From assembly GCA_031459855.1 (NCBI GenBank), contig JAVKHP010000001.1:2157384-2221383 (forward strand): DNA of 64,000 nucleotides, in the 5' to 3' direction. The notes under the pieces were generated by a model. It was given only the letters and a program-made list of their open reading frames with translations. It searched no databases and had not been told where the DNA came from. This document shows positions 1 through 11,500 of this stretch, piece after piece (position 1 is the stretch's first letter; every line of letters begins with the position of its first letter). The stretch comes from Candidatus Fervidifonticultor primus. Lineage in GTDB: Bacteria > Sysuimicrobiota > Sysuimicrobiia > Sysuimicrobiales > Humicultoraceae. Position numbers and translations under genes: made by a program.

Positions 1-26
1 CGCAGGCGGAAGGACGGGAGAGACCG

Positions 27-1544
27 ATGGGCGCGCGCACGGGACAGCAGTACCTGGACGCGCTCCGGGCGCAACCCCCGGAGCTGTGGATCGGCGGGGA
101 GCGGGTGGCCGACCCCACGGCGCATCCGGCGTTTCGGCACGTCACCCGCAGCATCGCCGCGCTCTACGACATGCAGCACGACCCGACGCTGCGGGACGAG
201 ATGACCTACGTCTCGCCGACGTCGGGCGAGCGCGTGGGGCTGTCGTTCCTCACCCCGCGCACGCACGACGACCTGCTGCGCGTCCGGCGCATGATGAAGC
301 GGTGGGCCGACTACTCGGGCGGCATGCTGGGCCGCTCGCCCGACTACCTGAACCGTGCGCTCATGGCCTTCGCCGCCGCCGCCGACTACTGCGCGGCCAA
401 CGACCCGCGGTTTGGCGCCAACATCCGTCGCTACTACGAGGAGGTGCGCGAGCGCGACCTGTGTCTGACCCACACCCTGATCAACCCCCAGGCCAACCGC
501 GCGGTGGGCCCGGCCCGGCAGGCCGATCCCTACCTGGCCGCCGGCATCGTCCGCGAGACCGCCGACGGCGTCGTGATCCGCGGCGCGCGCATGCTGGCCA
601 CGCTGCCGGTGGCCGACGAGATCATGGTCTTCCCCTCGACCCTGCTCCGGGGTGGCCAGGAGGACGCCCCGTACGCGTTCGCGTTCGCGATCCCCTGCGC
701 CACGCCCGGCCTGCGCTTCCTCTGCCGCGAGTCGTTCGACTACGGGCGCAGCCCGACCGACCACCCGTTGGGCAGCCGCTTCGAGGAGATGGACGCCGTC
801 GTAATCTTCGACGACGTGCTGGTGCCCTGGGAGCGCGTCTTCCTCCTGCGCGACGTCGAGCGGTGCAACCGGGCCTTCGCCGAGACCCGGGCCGTGGTGC
901 ACATGGCCCATCAGGTGGTCACGAAGAACGTCGCCAAGACCGAGTTCGTGCTGGGGGTCGTCTGCCTGCTGGTGGAGACGATCGCCATCGAGCAGTTCCA
1001 GCACGTGCAGGAGAAGGTGGCCGAGGTGATCCACGTCCTCGAGGCGATGCGGGCCTTCCTGCGGGCCGCCGAGGCCGACGCCGCCATCGATCGGTGGGGC
1101 GTGATGACGCCGGCCTGGCCGCCCCTGGACGCGGCGCGGCAGCTCTACACGCGCATGTACCCCCGCATGATCGAGATCGTGCAGCTGCTGGGGGCCAGTG
1201 GCCTCATGGCCATTCCCACCCGTGAGGACGTGGAGGGCCCGCAGGCCCAGACCATCGCGCGCTACTACCAGGCGGCCCGGGCCGACGCACGCGAGCGCAT
1301 CCGCCTGTTCCGGCTGGCCTGGGACCTGGCGGTCTCGACGTTCGGGAGCCGCCAGGTGCTCTACGAGCGCTTCTTCTTCGGCGACCCCGTGCGCATGGCC
1401 GGCGCGACGTTCGCCAGCTACGACAAGACCCCCTACATCGAGCGGGTGCGCCAGTTCCTGGCGCGAGCCGACGTCGAGCTGGAGCCGCCGACGCCTGCGC
1501 CCGCGGCCGGCGCGCCCGCCCCGGCGGGTGAGCGCGACCGGTGA
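27..1544 (+). CDS. hpaB: 4-hydroxyphenylacetate 3-monooxygenase, oxygenase component (HpaB family)
   Basis: 505-aa ORF with HpaB-family look along its full length (MGARTGQQYLDALR..., THTLINPQANR). GGGAGAG SD lies upstream of the ATG at 27. Its stop overlaps the next start (GTGA at 1541-1544). Confidence 0.9.
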   Translation: MGARTGQQYLDALRAQPPELWIGGERVADPTAHPAFRHVTRSIAALYDMQHDPTLRDEMTYVSPTSGERVGLSFLTPRTHDDLLRVRRMMKRWADYSGGMLGRSPDYLNRALMAFAAAADYCAANDPRFGANIRRYYEEVRERDLCLTHTLINPQANRAVGPARQADPYLAAGIVRETADGVVIRGARMLATLPVADEIMVFPSTLLRGGQEDAPYAFAFAIPCATPGLRFLCRESFDYGRSPTDHPLGSRFEEMDAVVIFDDVLVPWERVFLLRDVERCNRAFAETRAVVHMAHQVVTKNVAKTEFVLGVVCLLVETIAIEQFQHVQEKVAEVIHVLEAMRAFLRAAEADAAIDRWGVMTPAWPPLDAARQLYTRMYPRMIEIVQLLGASGLMAIPTREDVEGPQAQTIARYYQAARADARERIRLFRLAWDLAVSTFGSRQVLYERFFFGDPVRMAGATFASYDKTPYIERVRQFLARADVELEPPTPAPAAGAPAPAGERDR

Positions 1545-2182
1545 GCGCCGACCCCTCGCGCGCGCCCGCGCCCCCGGCCGACGGCGAGCTGCCGCTGGAG
1601 GCCCGCGCCTTCCGCCGCACCATGGGGTTGTTCGCCACCGGGGTCACCGTCGTGGCGGTGGACACCGGCGCGGGGCCGCTGGGCATGACCGCCAACAGCG
1701 TCACGGCCGTCTCGCTCGACCCGCTCCTGGTGCTCTTCTGCGTGGACCACCGCGCGCGCCTGCACCCCCACCTGGTCGAAGGACGCCCTGTCGCCATCAG
1801 CATCCTGCGCGACGACCAGGAGGTGCTGTCGCGGTACTTCGCCGGTGGCTGGCGGGATCGCCCGGCGCCGGAGTACCGCTTCGAGGCGTGGGACGGCGCC
1901 CCGCGGCTCGTCGGCGCGCTGGCCGCGATCCGCGGCGAGGTGGCGCGCCTGTACGACGGTGGCGACCACACTATCGTGCTCTGCCGGGTGACCGGTCTGT
2001 ACGAGGGGCGCGACCCCTACCACCCGTTGATCTTCTTCGCCGGACGCTACCGGCGGCTGGCGCCGCTGGCGGCACCGGCGGAACCGCCCGAGCAGTGGGG
2101 CCCGGACGGCGTGTCGATCTACTACGAGGAGTGGGGCACGCCCCCGCCGGCATCGTCGTCCGACCCGGAGCCGGCGCCGTGA
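1541..2182 (+). CDS. hpaC: NAD(P)H-flavin reductase partner (HpaC / Flavin_Reduct family)
   Basis: FRRTMGLFATGVTVVAV...MTANSVTAVSLDPLLVLFCV is the typical flavin-reductase domain core. Translationally coupled on both sides by GTGA overlaps. Confidence 0.85.
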   Translation: MSADPSRAPAPPADGELPLEARAFRRTMGLFATGVTVVAVDTGAGPLGMTANSVTAVSLDPLLVLFCVDHRARLHPHLVEGRPVAISILRDDQEVLSRYFAGGWRDRPAPEYRFEAWDGAPRLVGALAAIRGEVARLYDGGDHTIVLCRVTGLYEGRDPYHPLIFFAGRYRRLAPLAAPAEPPEQWGPDGVSIYYEEWGTPPPASSSDPEPAP

Positions 2183-3168
2183 GCGCGCCGGACATCCTCC
2201 GCGCGGGCCATGCGGTGTTCCGCACGACCGACCTGGGGCGTGCGCGCGCCTTCTACGTGGACCTGCTGGGGTTCGTGGAGACGGCGCGGGAGCGCGACGC
2301 GCTCTACCTGCGCGGCTACGAGGAGACCGAGCACCACAGCCTGGTGCTGCAGCGCGCTCCGACGCCGGGCGCCGCGCACCTGGCCTTCAGGGTGGCCTCC
2401 CCCGACGACCTCGATCGCCTCGCGGCCATCTGCCGCGACGCGGGCCTGCCCCACCGGTGGGTGGCGGAGGGGGAGGAACCCGGGCAGGGACGGGCGCTGC
2501 GGGTGCAGGATCCCGGCGGCCTGCCCCTGGAGTTCTACGCGTCCATGGCCCGCGCCGAGCGCCTGCTGCAACGCTTCGACCTTTATCGCGGCGCGCGCGT
2601 GATGCGCCTGGACCACTTCAACTGCCAGGTGCCCGACGTGGCGATGGTGTCGCGCTGGTACACGGACACCCTGGGCTTCCGCTGCTCGGAGTACACGGAG
2701 ACCGACGAGCAGCCGCCGCGGCTGTGGGCCGTCTGGCTGCACCGCAAGCCCAACGTCCACGACATCGCGCTCATGACCGGGATCGGCCCGCGGGTCCACC
2801 ACGCCGGCTTCTGGATGGCCGAGACCCTGGACGTGATTCGCGCGTGCGACCTGCTGGCGGCGGCCGGATGGGTGGGGGCCATCGAGCGCGGGCCTGGCCG
2901 GCACGGGATCTCCAACGCCTTCTTCCTGTACCTGCGCGATCCGGACGGCAACCGGATCGAGCTCTACACGGGCGACTACCTGACCACCGACCCGGACCGC
3001 CCGCCGCTGCGGTGGAGCCTGAACGACCCCCGGCGCGCGACGTTCTGGGGCCACGCGCCGCCGCGCTCGTGGTTCGACGACGCCTCGCCCGTCGAGTCGA
3101 TCGTCACGGGCGCGCTCCTGCCCGTCCAGGCGCCCGCGATGCAGGACCGCCCGGAGTTCGTGACCTGA
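2179..3168 (+). CDS. extradiol ring-cleavage dioxygenase (VOC superfamily; catechol/homoprotocatechuate 2,3-dioxygenase-like)
   Basis: GTG at 2179 is in frame inside the long ORF 1198..3168 and overlaps the hpaC stop. Two glyoxalase/VOC modules are visible (HAVFRTTDLGRARAFYVDLLGF; LDHFNCQVPDV...; RVHHAGFW; FLYLRDPDGNRIELY). Sits next to hpaBC. Confidence 0.85.
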   Translation: MSAPDILRAGHAVFRTTDLGRARAFYVDLLGFVETARERDALYLRGYEETEHHSLVLQRAPTPGAAHLAFRVASPDDLDRLAAICRDAGLPHRWVAEGEEPGQGRALRVQDPGGLPLEFYASMARAERLLQRFDLYRGARVMRLDHFNCQVPDVAMVSRWYTDTLGFRCSEYTETDEQPPRLWAVWLHRKPNVHDIALMTGIGPRVHHAGFWMAETLDVIRACDLLAAAGWVGAIERGPGRHGISNAFFLYLRDPDGNRIELYTGDYLTTDPDRPPLRWSLNDPRRATFWGHAPPRSWFDDASPVESIVTGALLPVQAPAMQDRPEFVT

Positions 3169-3175
3169 CGCATGG

Positions 3176-3207
3176 GCGCGCCCGCGGGGAATCCCCCGCG
3201 GGCGCGC
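3176..3207. terminator. 14-bp perfect GC hairpin between convergent genes (possible bidirectional terminator)
   Basis: GCGCGCCCGCGGGG-aatc-CCCCGCGGGCGCGC, pairing 3176-3189 with 3194-3207. No U-tract, so function is uncertain. Confidence 0.4.
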
Positions 3208-3264
3208 GCGGCCTCGGGGAGTCTCCCCGCACCAGCGCGTCGCCAGCTCGCCGCCCGCGGGCGT

Positions 3265-4500
3265 TCAGGCGATCGAGAGCAAGGCCCGTCCGGCGTGCAG
3301 GCGCCCGACGCGCGATGCGCCCAGCGCGATCTCGAAGTAGTGGGTGGCGCGCTCCTGCTCGTTGCGGGCCTGATGGTACCGGCCGAGCGCGTCGGCTGCC
3401 TCAGCCAGTTCCTGCGCGCTGTCCTCCGTCCCCAGCCGCTGCAGGGCACCTTCGAGCACCGGCAGGGCGTCGTCGGCGCGCCCCAGCGCCAGCAGCGCCC
3501 GGCCCAGCACCGCGGCGGCGCGCGCCGTCGCGCTGTCGTCCCCGGTGCCCTGCGCCAGCGTGGTGGCCTCCTGGGCCGCCTCCAGCGCCACCGACGCCTC
3601 CCCCATCGCGAGGTGCACCCGGCCGAGGTGGATCAGGCTCTCCAGTTCGGTACGGCGGTCGCCGGCGCTTCGCGCGGTCTGCCGTGCCCGCTCCAGCGTC
3701 TCCCGCGCCTCGGCCATCGCGTCCTGGCCGTAGGCGAGCAGCCCCAGCCCGAGCCACGCGCGGGCCAGCAGCGCCCCCAACTTGTAGCGCGCCGCCAGGC
3801 GGGCCGCGACGTCCAACCGGCGGCGCGCCTGGCGGACGTCACCGCGCTGCACCAGCGCCGTCGCGTACGCCAGCAGCAGGCGCACGGTCAGGTCCGGCTG
3901 GCGCGCGGGACTGCGCAGGCGCCCCAGCGCCTCGCGAAACATCGCCGCCGCGGTGGCCGCGTCGCCCCGGCGCATCGCCAGCGAGCCGACCACCAGATCG
4001 CGGCGCGCCAGGGTACGCGCGCCCAGTCCCGCAACGAACGCGTCCAGCTCTTGCAGGACGACCGCGGCCCGCTCGAGCCGGCCGCTCTCGAGCTCCAGCT
4101 CGGCCAGGGCCAGCATCGCGTCGGCCCGCTGGAGCGTCCAGCCGCCGGTCGCGGCGAGGTCGGCGGCGAGTTCCAGCGCGCGCCGGGCCAGTGGCGCGTG
4201 GCGACTGGCCGCCAGGTCGCGCGCCCACGCCACCAGCCCCTCCAGCGCGGCGAGGCGCTGGTCCTGCATGTCGCCGGCGATGCCCGAAAGCGAGGTCTGG
4301 AGCCGGCGGGCGAGGTACCGCAGCGTGTCCAGGGACGGATCGGCGAACCCGCCCTCGAGCTGGCTGATGAAGCTCTTGGTGTAGTCGGGGCCCGCCAGCG
4401 CGGACTGCGTCATGCCCAGCTCGCGCCGCCGCTGCCGGATGCGGCGGCCGATGGGCGCCTCCTCGGGCGTGGCATGTCGACGCGACGGATGTCGTCCCAT
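3265..4500 (-). CDS. XRE-family HTH transcriptional regulator with C-terminal TPR-like repeats
   Basis: N-terminal IGRRIRQRRRELGMTQSALAG...SFISQLEGG matches the Cro/C1 HTH. The remainder is Ala/Leu-rich helical repeats. I prefer the ATG at 4500 because a TGGTGTAAT extended -10 at 4532-4524 would exclude the GTG at 4521. Confidence 0.75.
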   Translation of the reverse strand: MGRHPSRRHATPEEAPIGRRIRQRRRELGMTQSALAGPDYTKSFISQLEGGFADPSLDTLRYLARRLQTSLSGIAGDMQDQRLAALEGLVAWARDLAASRHAPLARRALELAADLAATGGWTLQRADAMLALAELELESGRLERAAVVLQELDAFVAGLGARTLARRDLVVGSLAMRRGDAATAAAMFREALGRLRSPARQPDLTVRLLLAYATALVQRGDVRQARRRLDVAARLAARYKLGALLARAWLGLGLLAYGQDAMAEARETLERARQTARSAGDRRTELESLIHLGRVHLAMGEASVALEAAQEATTLAQGTGDDSATARAAAVLGRALLALGRADDALPVLEGALQRLGTEDSAQELAEAADALGRYHQARNEQERATHYFEIALGASRVGRLHAGRALLSIA

Positions 4501-4523
4501 GGCATGCACCAACCTGTACACCG

Positions 4524-4532
4524 ATTACACCA
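4524..4532 (-). promoter_or_regulatory. candidate extended -10 (TGGTGTAAT) for the XRE/TPR regulator
   Basis: Reverse complement of ATTACACCA at 4524-4532. The -35 is weak (TTCCGC at 17-nt spacing). Confidence 0.3.
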
Positions 4533-4625
4533 TAACTGCGCCGCTGGCGGAACCCGGCACGGCGCGGCCGCGCGGCTGCGGCCTGCCGGGGTCCGGTGTG
4601 CGACACCGCTACCCCTGCGCGTCGC

Positions 4626-4655
4626 TTGACACGTCCGCGGCGCGCTTGGTATACG
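4626..4655 (+). promoter_or_regulatory. candidate sigmaA-type promoter upstream of hom (TTGACA-18-TATACG, with TGG extended -10)
   Basis: TTGACA at 4626-4631; TGGTATACG at 4647-4655. Confidence 0.35.
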
Positions 4656-4686
4656 GAGGGCATCATGCGCGCCATCGTCGACGTCT

Positions 4687-5976
4687 GTGACCGTGGCTGA
4701 CGCCTGCCGTGTGGGCCTGCTCGGCCTGGGAACCGTCGGCAGCGCCGTGGCGCGGCTCTTGCTGGAGCGGTCCGAGGAACTCGCCCGGCAGGCCGGGGTG
4801 CCCATCGTGCTCCACCGCGTGGCGGTGGCGCACCCTGCGCGCCCGCGCGCCGTCGCGTTTCCGCCCGGCGTGTTGGTCGGCGACGCGCGGGCGGTGGTCG
4901 CCGATCCCGCGGTCGACGTGGTGGTGGAGGCCATGGGCGGTCTCGAGCCCGCCCGCTCGTACCTGCTGGAGGCCCTGACGCGCCGCAAGGCCGTGGTCAC
5001 CGCCAACAAGCAGCTGATGTCCACCCGCGGCGACGAGCTGCGCGCGGCGGCCAACGCGGCCGGCGTGGACCTCTGCTTCGAGGCCAGCGTGGCCGGTGGC
5101 ATCCCCATCATCAAGACGATCCGCGAGGCGCTGGCCGGCAACCGGATCCGGCAGCTGCTGGGTATCATCAACGGCACCACGAACTTCATCCTCACGCGGA
5201 TGACCCGCGAGGGCATCTCGTTCGGCGAGGCGCTGGCCGACGCGCAGCAGCGGGGGTTCGCCGAGGCCGATCCGACCGACGACGTCGACGGCCACGACGC
5301 GGCGGCGAAGCTCGCGATCCTGGCCTCCGTGGCCTTCGGCTGCCGGCTCACGAGCGCCGACGTCTACCGCGAGGGCATCGGCGCCATCACGCCCCGGGTG
5401 ATCGCCTATGGGCGGGAACTCGGCTACGTGGTGAAACTGCTGGCGATCGCGCGCGACGACGACGGCGCCGTCGAGGCGCGCGTGCACCCGGCGCTGGTGC
5501 CCGTCGACCACCCCCTGGCGGGCGTCGGCGACGAGGTCAACGCGGTGCTGATCGAGGCGGACCCCGTGGGCCGCCTCATGCTCGAGGGGCGCGGCGCCGG
5601 CGGCGGCCCCACGGCCAGCGCGGTGCTGGGGGACGTGATCGACGTGGCGCGCAACCTGCGGGCCGGCGCCACCGGGCGCCTGGGCGGTCTGCCCCCACGG
5701 ACGGTGCCCGTGCGCGAAATGGCCGAGGTCGTCGGACCCTACTGCGTGGCCCTGGAGGTGGCCGACCGGCCTGGCGTGTTCGCGCGGGTGGCCGCGGCCT
5801 TTGGCGACGAGCAGGTCAGCATCGCGTCCATCGTGCAGAAGAGCCGCGGGGTCACCGCCGACGTCGTGCTGGTGACCCACGAGGCGGTGGAGGCCGCGAT
5901 GCAGCGCGTGCTGGACCGCCTGCGGGCGCTGGACGTCGTCCGGTCGGTCCACGCGGCGCTGCGGATCGCTGCGTAG
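4687..5976 (+). CDS. hom: homoserine dehydrogenase
   Basis: N-terminal RVGLLGLGTVGSAV Rossmann motif, VVEAMGG, and a C-terminal ACT-like region. The start (GTG 4687 or 4693) has no clear SD. Confidence 0.92.
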   Translation: MTVADACRVGLLGLGTVGSAVARLLLERSEELARQAGVPIVLHRVAVAHPARPRAVAFPPGVLVGDARAVVADPAVDVVVEAMGGLEPARSYLLEALTRRKAVVTANKQLMSTRGDELRAAANAAGVDLCFEASVAGGIPIIKTIREALAGNRIRQLLGIINGTTNFILTRMTREGISFGEALADAQQRGFAEADPTDDVDGHDAAAKLAILASVAFGCRLTSADVYREGIGAITPRVIAYGRELGYVVKLLAIARDDDGAVEARVHPALVPVDHPLAGVGDEVNAVLIEADPVGRLMLEGRGAGGGPTASAVLGDVIDVARNLRAGATGRLGGLPPRTVPVREMAEVVGPYCVALEVADRPGVFARVAAAFGDEQVSIASIVQKSRGVTADVVLVTHEAVEAAMQRVLDRLRALDVVRSVHAALRIAA

Positions 5977-5980
5977 CGCC

Positions 5981-7012
5981 ATGGCGACCGTCGCCTGGCC
6001 GGGCGTCGTGGAAGCCTACCGGACGTGGTTGCCCCCGGTGCGCGTCGTGGTCACGCTGCAGGAGGGCCACACGCCCCTGGTGCCCTCGACGCGCCTGTCG
6101 CGCCAGCTCGGCCGCCCCGTGTGGCTCAAGCTCGAGGGCTGCAACCCCACGGGGTCGTTCAAGGACCGGGGCATGACCCTGGCCGTGAGCGCGGCGGCCA
6201 CCGAAGGGGCGCGCGGCGTCATCTGCGCGTCCACCGGCAACACCGCGGCCGCAGCGGCCGCCTACGCCGCCCGCGCGGGGCTGCGGTGCGCGATCCTGCT
6301 CCCTGTTGGCGCCGTCGCCCGGGGCAAGCTCGTGCAGGCCATCGCCCACGGCGCGCAGGTGCTGGCCATCGAGGCGGGCTTCGACCGGGCGTTGGACCTG
6401 GCGCAGGCGGCGAGTCGGGCCTTTGGCGACGTGCTGGTGAACTCGTTGAACCCGCTGCGGCTGGACGGCCAGATGACCGCGGCCTTCGAGATCTGCGACG
6501 CGCTGGGGCATGCGCCCGCCGCCGTGGTGCTGCCGGTGGGCAACGGCGGCAACATCACGGCGTACTGGCGCGGGTTCGTCCGCTACGCCGAGGCCGGCCG
6601 CGTGACGACCCGGCCCCGCCTGTTCGGCGTGCAGGCTGCTGGCGCCAACCCGCTGGTGCGCGGCGCGCCCGTCGCGGAGCCCAAGACCCTAGCCTCGGCC
6701 ATCCGCATCGGCCGCCCCGCCAACTGGCAGGGCGCGGTGGAGGCGGCACGGGCCTCGGGCGGCGCGTTCCTCCAGGTGACCGACGACGAGATCGCCGCCG
6801 CGCAGCGCGCGCTGGCCCGGGAAGGCATTTTCGTGGAACCCGCCTCGGCGGCGGCCGCTGCGGGCCTGGCGTACCTGCCGCCGGGCGAGGGCGAGGTGGT
6901 GTGCGTGCTGACCGGACACGGCCTGAAGGATCCCGACGCCGTCCCCGGCGTAGAGCCCGTGCGGGTGACGCCGACGCTGGAAGCGCTGGGCAAGGCGTTG
7001 ACCAGCCCGTGA
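5981..7012 (+). CDS. thrC: threonine synthase
   Basis: PLP motif [10 protein letters not shown] plus [13 protein letters not shown]; follows hom after a 4-nt gap. Confidence 0.92.
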   Translation: MATVAWPGVVEAYRTWLPPVRVVVTLQEGHTPLVPSTRLSRQLGRPVWLKLEGCNPTGSFKDRGMTLAVSAAATEGARGVICASTGNTAAAAAAYAARAGLRCAILLPVGAVARGKLVQAIAHGAQVLAIEAGFDRALDLAQAASRAFGDVLVNSLNPLRLDGQMTAAFEICDALGHAPAAVVLPVGNGGNITAYWRGFVRYAEAGRVTTRPRLFGVQAAGANPLVRGAPVAEPKTLASAIRIGRPANWQGAVEAARASGGAFLQVTDDEIAAAQRALAREGIFVEPASAAAAAGLAYLPPGEGEVVCVLTGHGLKDPDAVPGVEPVRVTPTLEALGKALTSP

Positions 7013-7079
7013 GCCCCGCGGGCGGTGGGCGAACGGGAGGCGGACGGACGAGCGGCAAGCAGACGAGCGGAGGCGCACC

Positions 7080-8300
7080 GTGGCACTGATCGTCCAGAAG
7101 TACGGTGGCACGTCGGTCGCGACCGCAGAACGGGTACGCCACGTCGCCGGGCGCGTGGTGGCCACGCGCCGGGCCGGCCACGAGGTGGTGGTGGTGGTGT
7201 CGGCGCCCGGCGACATGACCGACGAGCTCATCGCGCGGGCCCGGGAGATCAGCCCGCGCCCTCCGGCCCGTGAGCTCGACATGCTGCTGGCGGTCGGCGA
7301 GCAGATCTCGATCGCCTTGCTCTCCATGGCCATTCAGGAGCTGGGGCAGGAGGCGATCTCCCTCACCGGCAGCCAGGTGCGCATCCTCACCGACGGGGTG
7401 CACACCAAGGCCCGGATCCTCGAGGTCGACCGCCGGCGCATCGACGCCGAACTGGCCCGGGGGCGCGTGGTGGTGGTGGCCGGATTCCAGGGGGTGACGC
7501 CCGACCACGAGATCACCACCCTGGGACGCGGCGGCAGCGACGTCACGGCGGTGGCCCTGGCCTCGGCGCTGGGCGCCGCCGCGTGTGAGATCTACACCGA
7601 CGTGGCGGGCGTGTTCTCCGCCGACCCGCGAGTTGTGCCCGAGGCGCGCAAACTGGACGTCATCTCGTACGACGAGATGCTCGAGATGGCCAGCAGCGGC
7701 GCGGTAGTGCTGCAGACGCGGTCGGTGGAGTACGCCAAGCACTACCGGGTGCGGCTCCATGTGCGGTCCACCTGGAGCGAGGAACCCGGAACGATCGTGG
7801 AGGAGGTCCCCACCATGGAACGCGTCCGGCTGGTCACCGGGGTCACCCACGACCTGGACGTGGCCCGCATCACGATCCGCGACGTGCCCGACGTGCCGGG
7901 CATCGCCCACCGCATCTTCTCGGCGCTGGCCGCACGGCACATCAACGTGGACATGATCGTGCAGACGGCCAGCCGCGATGGGCGGGCCGACATCTCGTTC
8001 ACCGTGACCAAGGCCGATGCCGCGCTGGCCGAGGAGGTGACCCGGGAGGTGGCCCGGGAGATCGGCGCAGCGGAGGTGGCGGCGGCCCAGGACGTGGCCA
8101 AGGTGTCGATCGTCGGCGCCGGCATGGCCAGCAACCCCGGGGTGGCGGCCACGATGTTCGGGGCGCTGGCCGGCGAGGGCATCAACATCCAGATGATCAG
8201 CACGTCGGAGATCAAGATCTCGTGCGTGGTGGCCGCCGCCGACGTCCACCGGGCGGTACGCGCCGTGCACCGGGCGTTCAGCCTCGACGCGGTTCGATGA
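7080..8300 (+). CDS. lysC: aspartate kinase (monofunctional, with C-terminal ACT domains)
   Basis: [47 protein letters not shown] upstream of the GTG at 7080. Confidence 0.93.
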   Translation: MALIVQKYGGTSVATAERVRHVAGRVVATRRAGHEVVVVVSAPGDMTDELIARAREISPRPPARELDMLLAVGEQISIALLSMAIQELGQEAISLTGSQVRILTDGVHTKARILEVDRRRIDAELARGRVVVVAGFQGVTPDHEITTLGRGGSDVTAVALASALGAAACEIYTDVAGVFSADPRVVPEARKLDVISYDEMLEMASSGAVVLQTRSVEYAKHYRVRLHVRSTWSEEPGTIVEEVPTMERVRLVTGVTHDLDVARITIRDVPDVPGIAHRIFSALAARHINVDMIVQTASRDGRADISFTVTKADAALAEEVTREVAREIGAAEVAAAQDVAKVSIVGAGMASNPGVAATMFGALAGEGINIQMISTSEIKISCVVAAADVHRAVRAVHRAFSLDAVR

Positions 8301-8404
8301 CGGTGCAGGAGGAGTTCTCGCGCCCGCGTCGAATTCGCCAACAACCCTAACATCGGTACGTCGAGACTGCGTCGCGGCCGGGCGACGCGGGGAGTTGTGC
8401 GCCC

Positions 8405-9279
8405 ATGCGTCACCGTGCCGCGACGTCTTCCGAAAAACCCACGGTTCCAGTCAGGGGTCCCGACGTCCTCGCCGCGGCGTACGTCCAGACGCGCGATCCC
8501 GCCACCCGGGACGCGCTAGTCCGCTTGTGCGCGCCGCTCGTCCGGGGGGTGGCATCCGAGTACGCGGGGGCGGGGGCGTACGACGACCTCGTGCAGGTCG
8601 GCTACCTTGGGCTCCTGCACGCCATCGAGCACTACGATCCGGCCCGGGGTACGCCGTTCGTGCTCTTCGCCCGGCACTTCATCCGGGGCGAGATCCGGCA
8701 CTACCTGCGGGACCATCACACCACCATGCGCCGGCCCCGGTGGCTCGAGCGCGTGAACGAGCAGATCGAGCAGGCCACCTATCGCCATCTCGAGGACCAT
8801 GGTCGTTACCCGGGGCTGGCCGACCTGGCCGCCGCGCTCGGCGTGGACGAGGAGGTGCTGGCGCAGGTATTGCGCACGCGCCAGGCGGTGCGCATCCTGT
8901 CCCTGGACGTCGAGACCGAAGACGGCGATCCTGGCATCGACCCGGCGCAGGTCGCGGGGTTGCGGGTACAATGGGACGCCGCCGTCGAGGATCGCCTGGT
9001 TCTCCTCGACGCCCTGATGCGCCTGAGCCCCCTCCAGCGCGCGGTGGTCTTTTACATCTTCTTTACGGATTTGACGCAGGTAGAGACGGCTCGCCGCCTG
9101 GGCATCTCGCAGAAGCACGTCTCGCGGGTGCTGGCCGGAGCGCTGGTGCGTCTGCGGGCGATGCTCCACGCCGGCACTGGCCTGCCGGCGCAGCACCCCC
9201 GCGTCCTGGATCTTGGCGGGCCCGCCGACGATCAACCGCCCCTGCGGGCCACCCGGCTTGGCTCTGACCGGGGGCACCC

Positions 9280-9307
<28 letters not shown>
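8405..9307 (+). CDS. sigma-70 family sigma factor, SigB/SigF/SigG-like subgroup
   Basis: Region 2 [19 protein letters not shown]...[19 protein letters not shown], and region 4.2 [22 protein letters not shown]. About 45 aa of non-conserved C-terminal tail overlaps the acs 3' end. Confidence 0.8.
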
Positions 9308-11238
<1,931 letters not shown>

Positions 11239-11303
11239 GGCAAGCCTCCGTGCCTGTTGGAACGTTGGCGAAGGAGTTCCAGGCGGGGGCCCGGGACTCC
11301 TAC

Positions 11304-11417
11304 AGGCCCCACCACCAGACCCCACGACGGTCCCCGCTGTGAACGTAGAATCGCCCCGTGCGGAACCGGTGCGGGAGGCCCCACCACCACACCCCACGAC
11401 GCCCCGCTGTCAAGACG
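11304..11417. repeat. pair of imperfect 42-bp direct repeats (72-bp period) in the acs/amidase divergent intergenic region
   Basis: 11304-11345 AGGCCCCACCACCAGACCCCACGACGGTCCCCGCTGTGAACG versus 11376-11417 AGGCCCCACCACCACACCCCACGACG-CCCCGCTGTCAAGACG. Confidence 0.85.
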
Positions 11418-11500
11418 GGAGGCAGGTGCCGCGGGCACCCCGACGCCGCCTGTAGCGGCCGCTGCAGGAAGCCCGGGCCTGGAGCCGAAGTGCGCCTCCC

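Noticed and set aside
2457-4367. A 636-aa plus-strand ORF, and many similar long ORFs in the track (e.g. 1198..2178 portion, 8516..10525 -, 11410..13911 -, 28205..30649 -, 33819..36566 +, 39652..40866 -).
   Set aside because: Their translations are Arg/Pro/Ala/Gly low-complexity strings. They overlap, in other frames or antisense, ORFs with clear family signatures. This is the typical stop-codon-poor shadow-ORF pattern of ~75% GC DNA.
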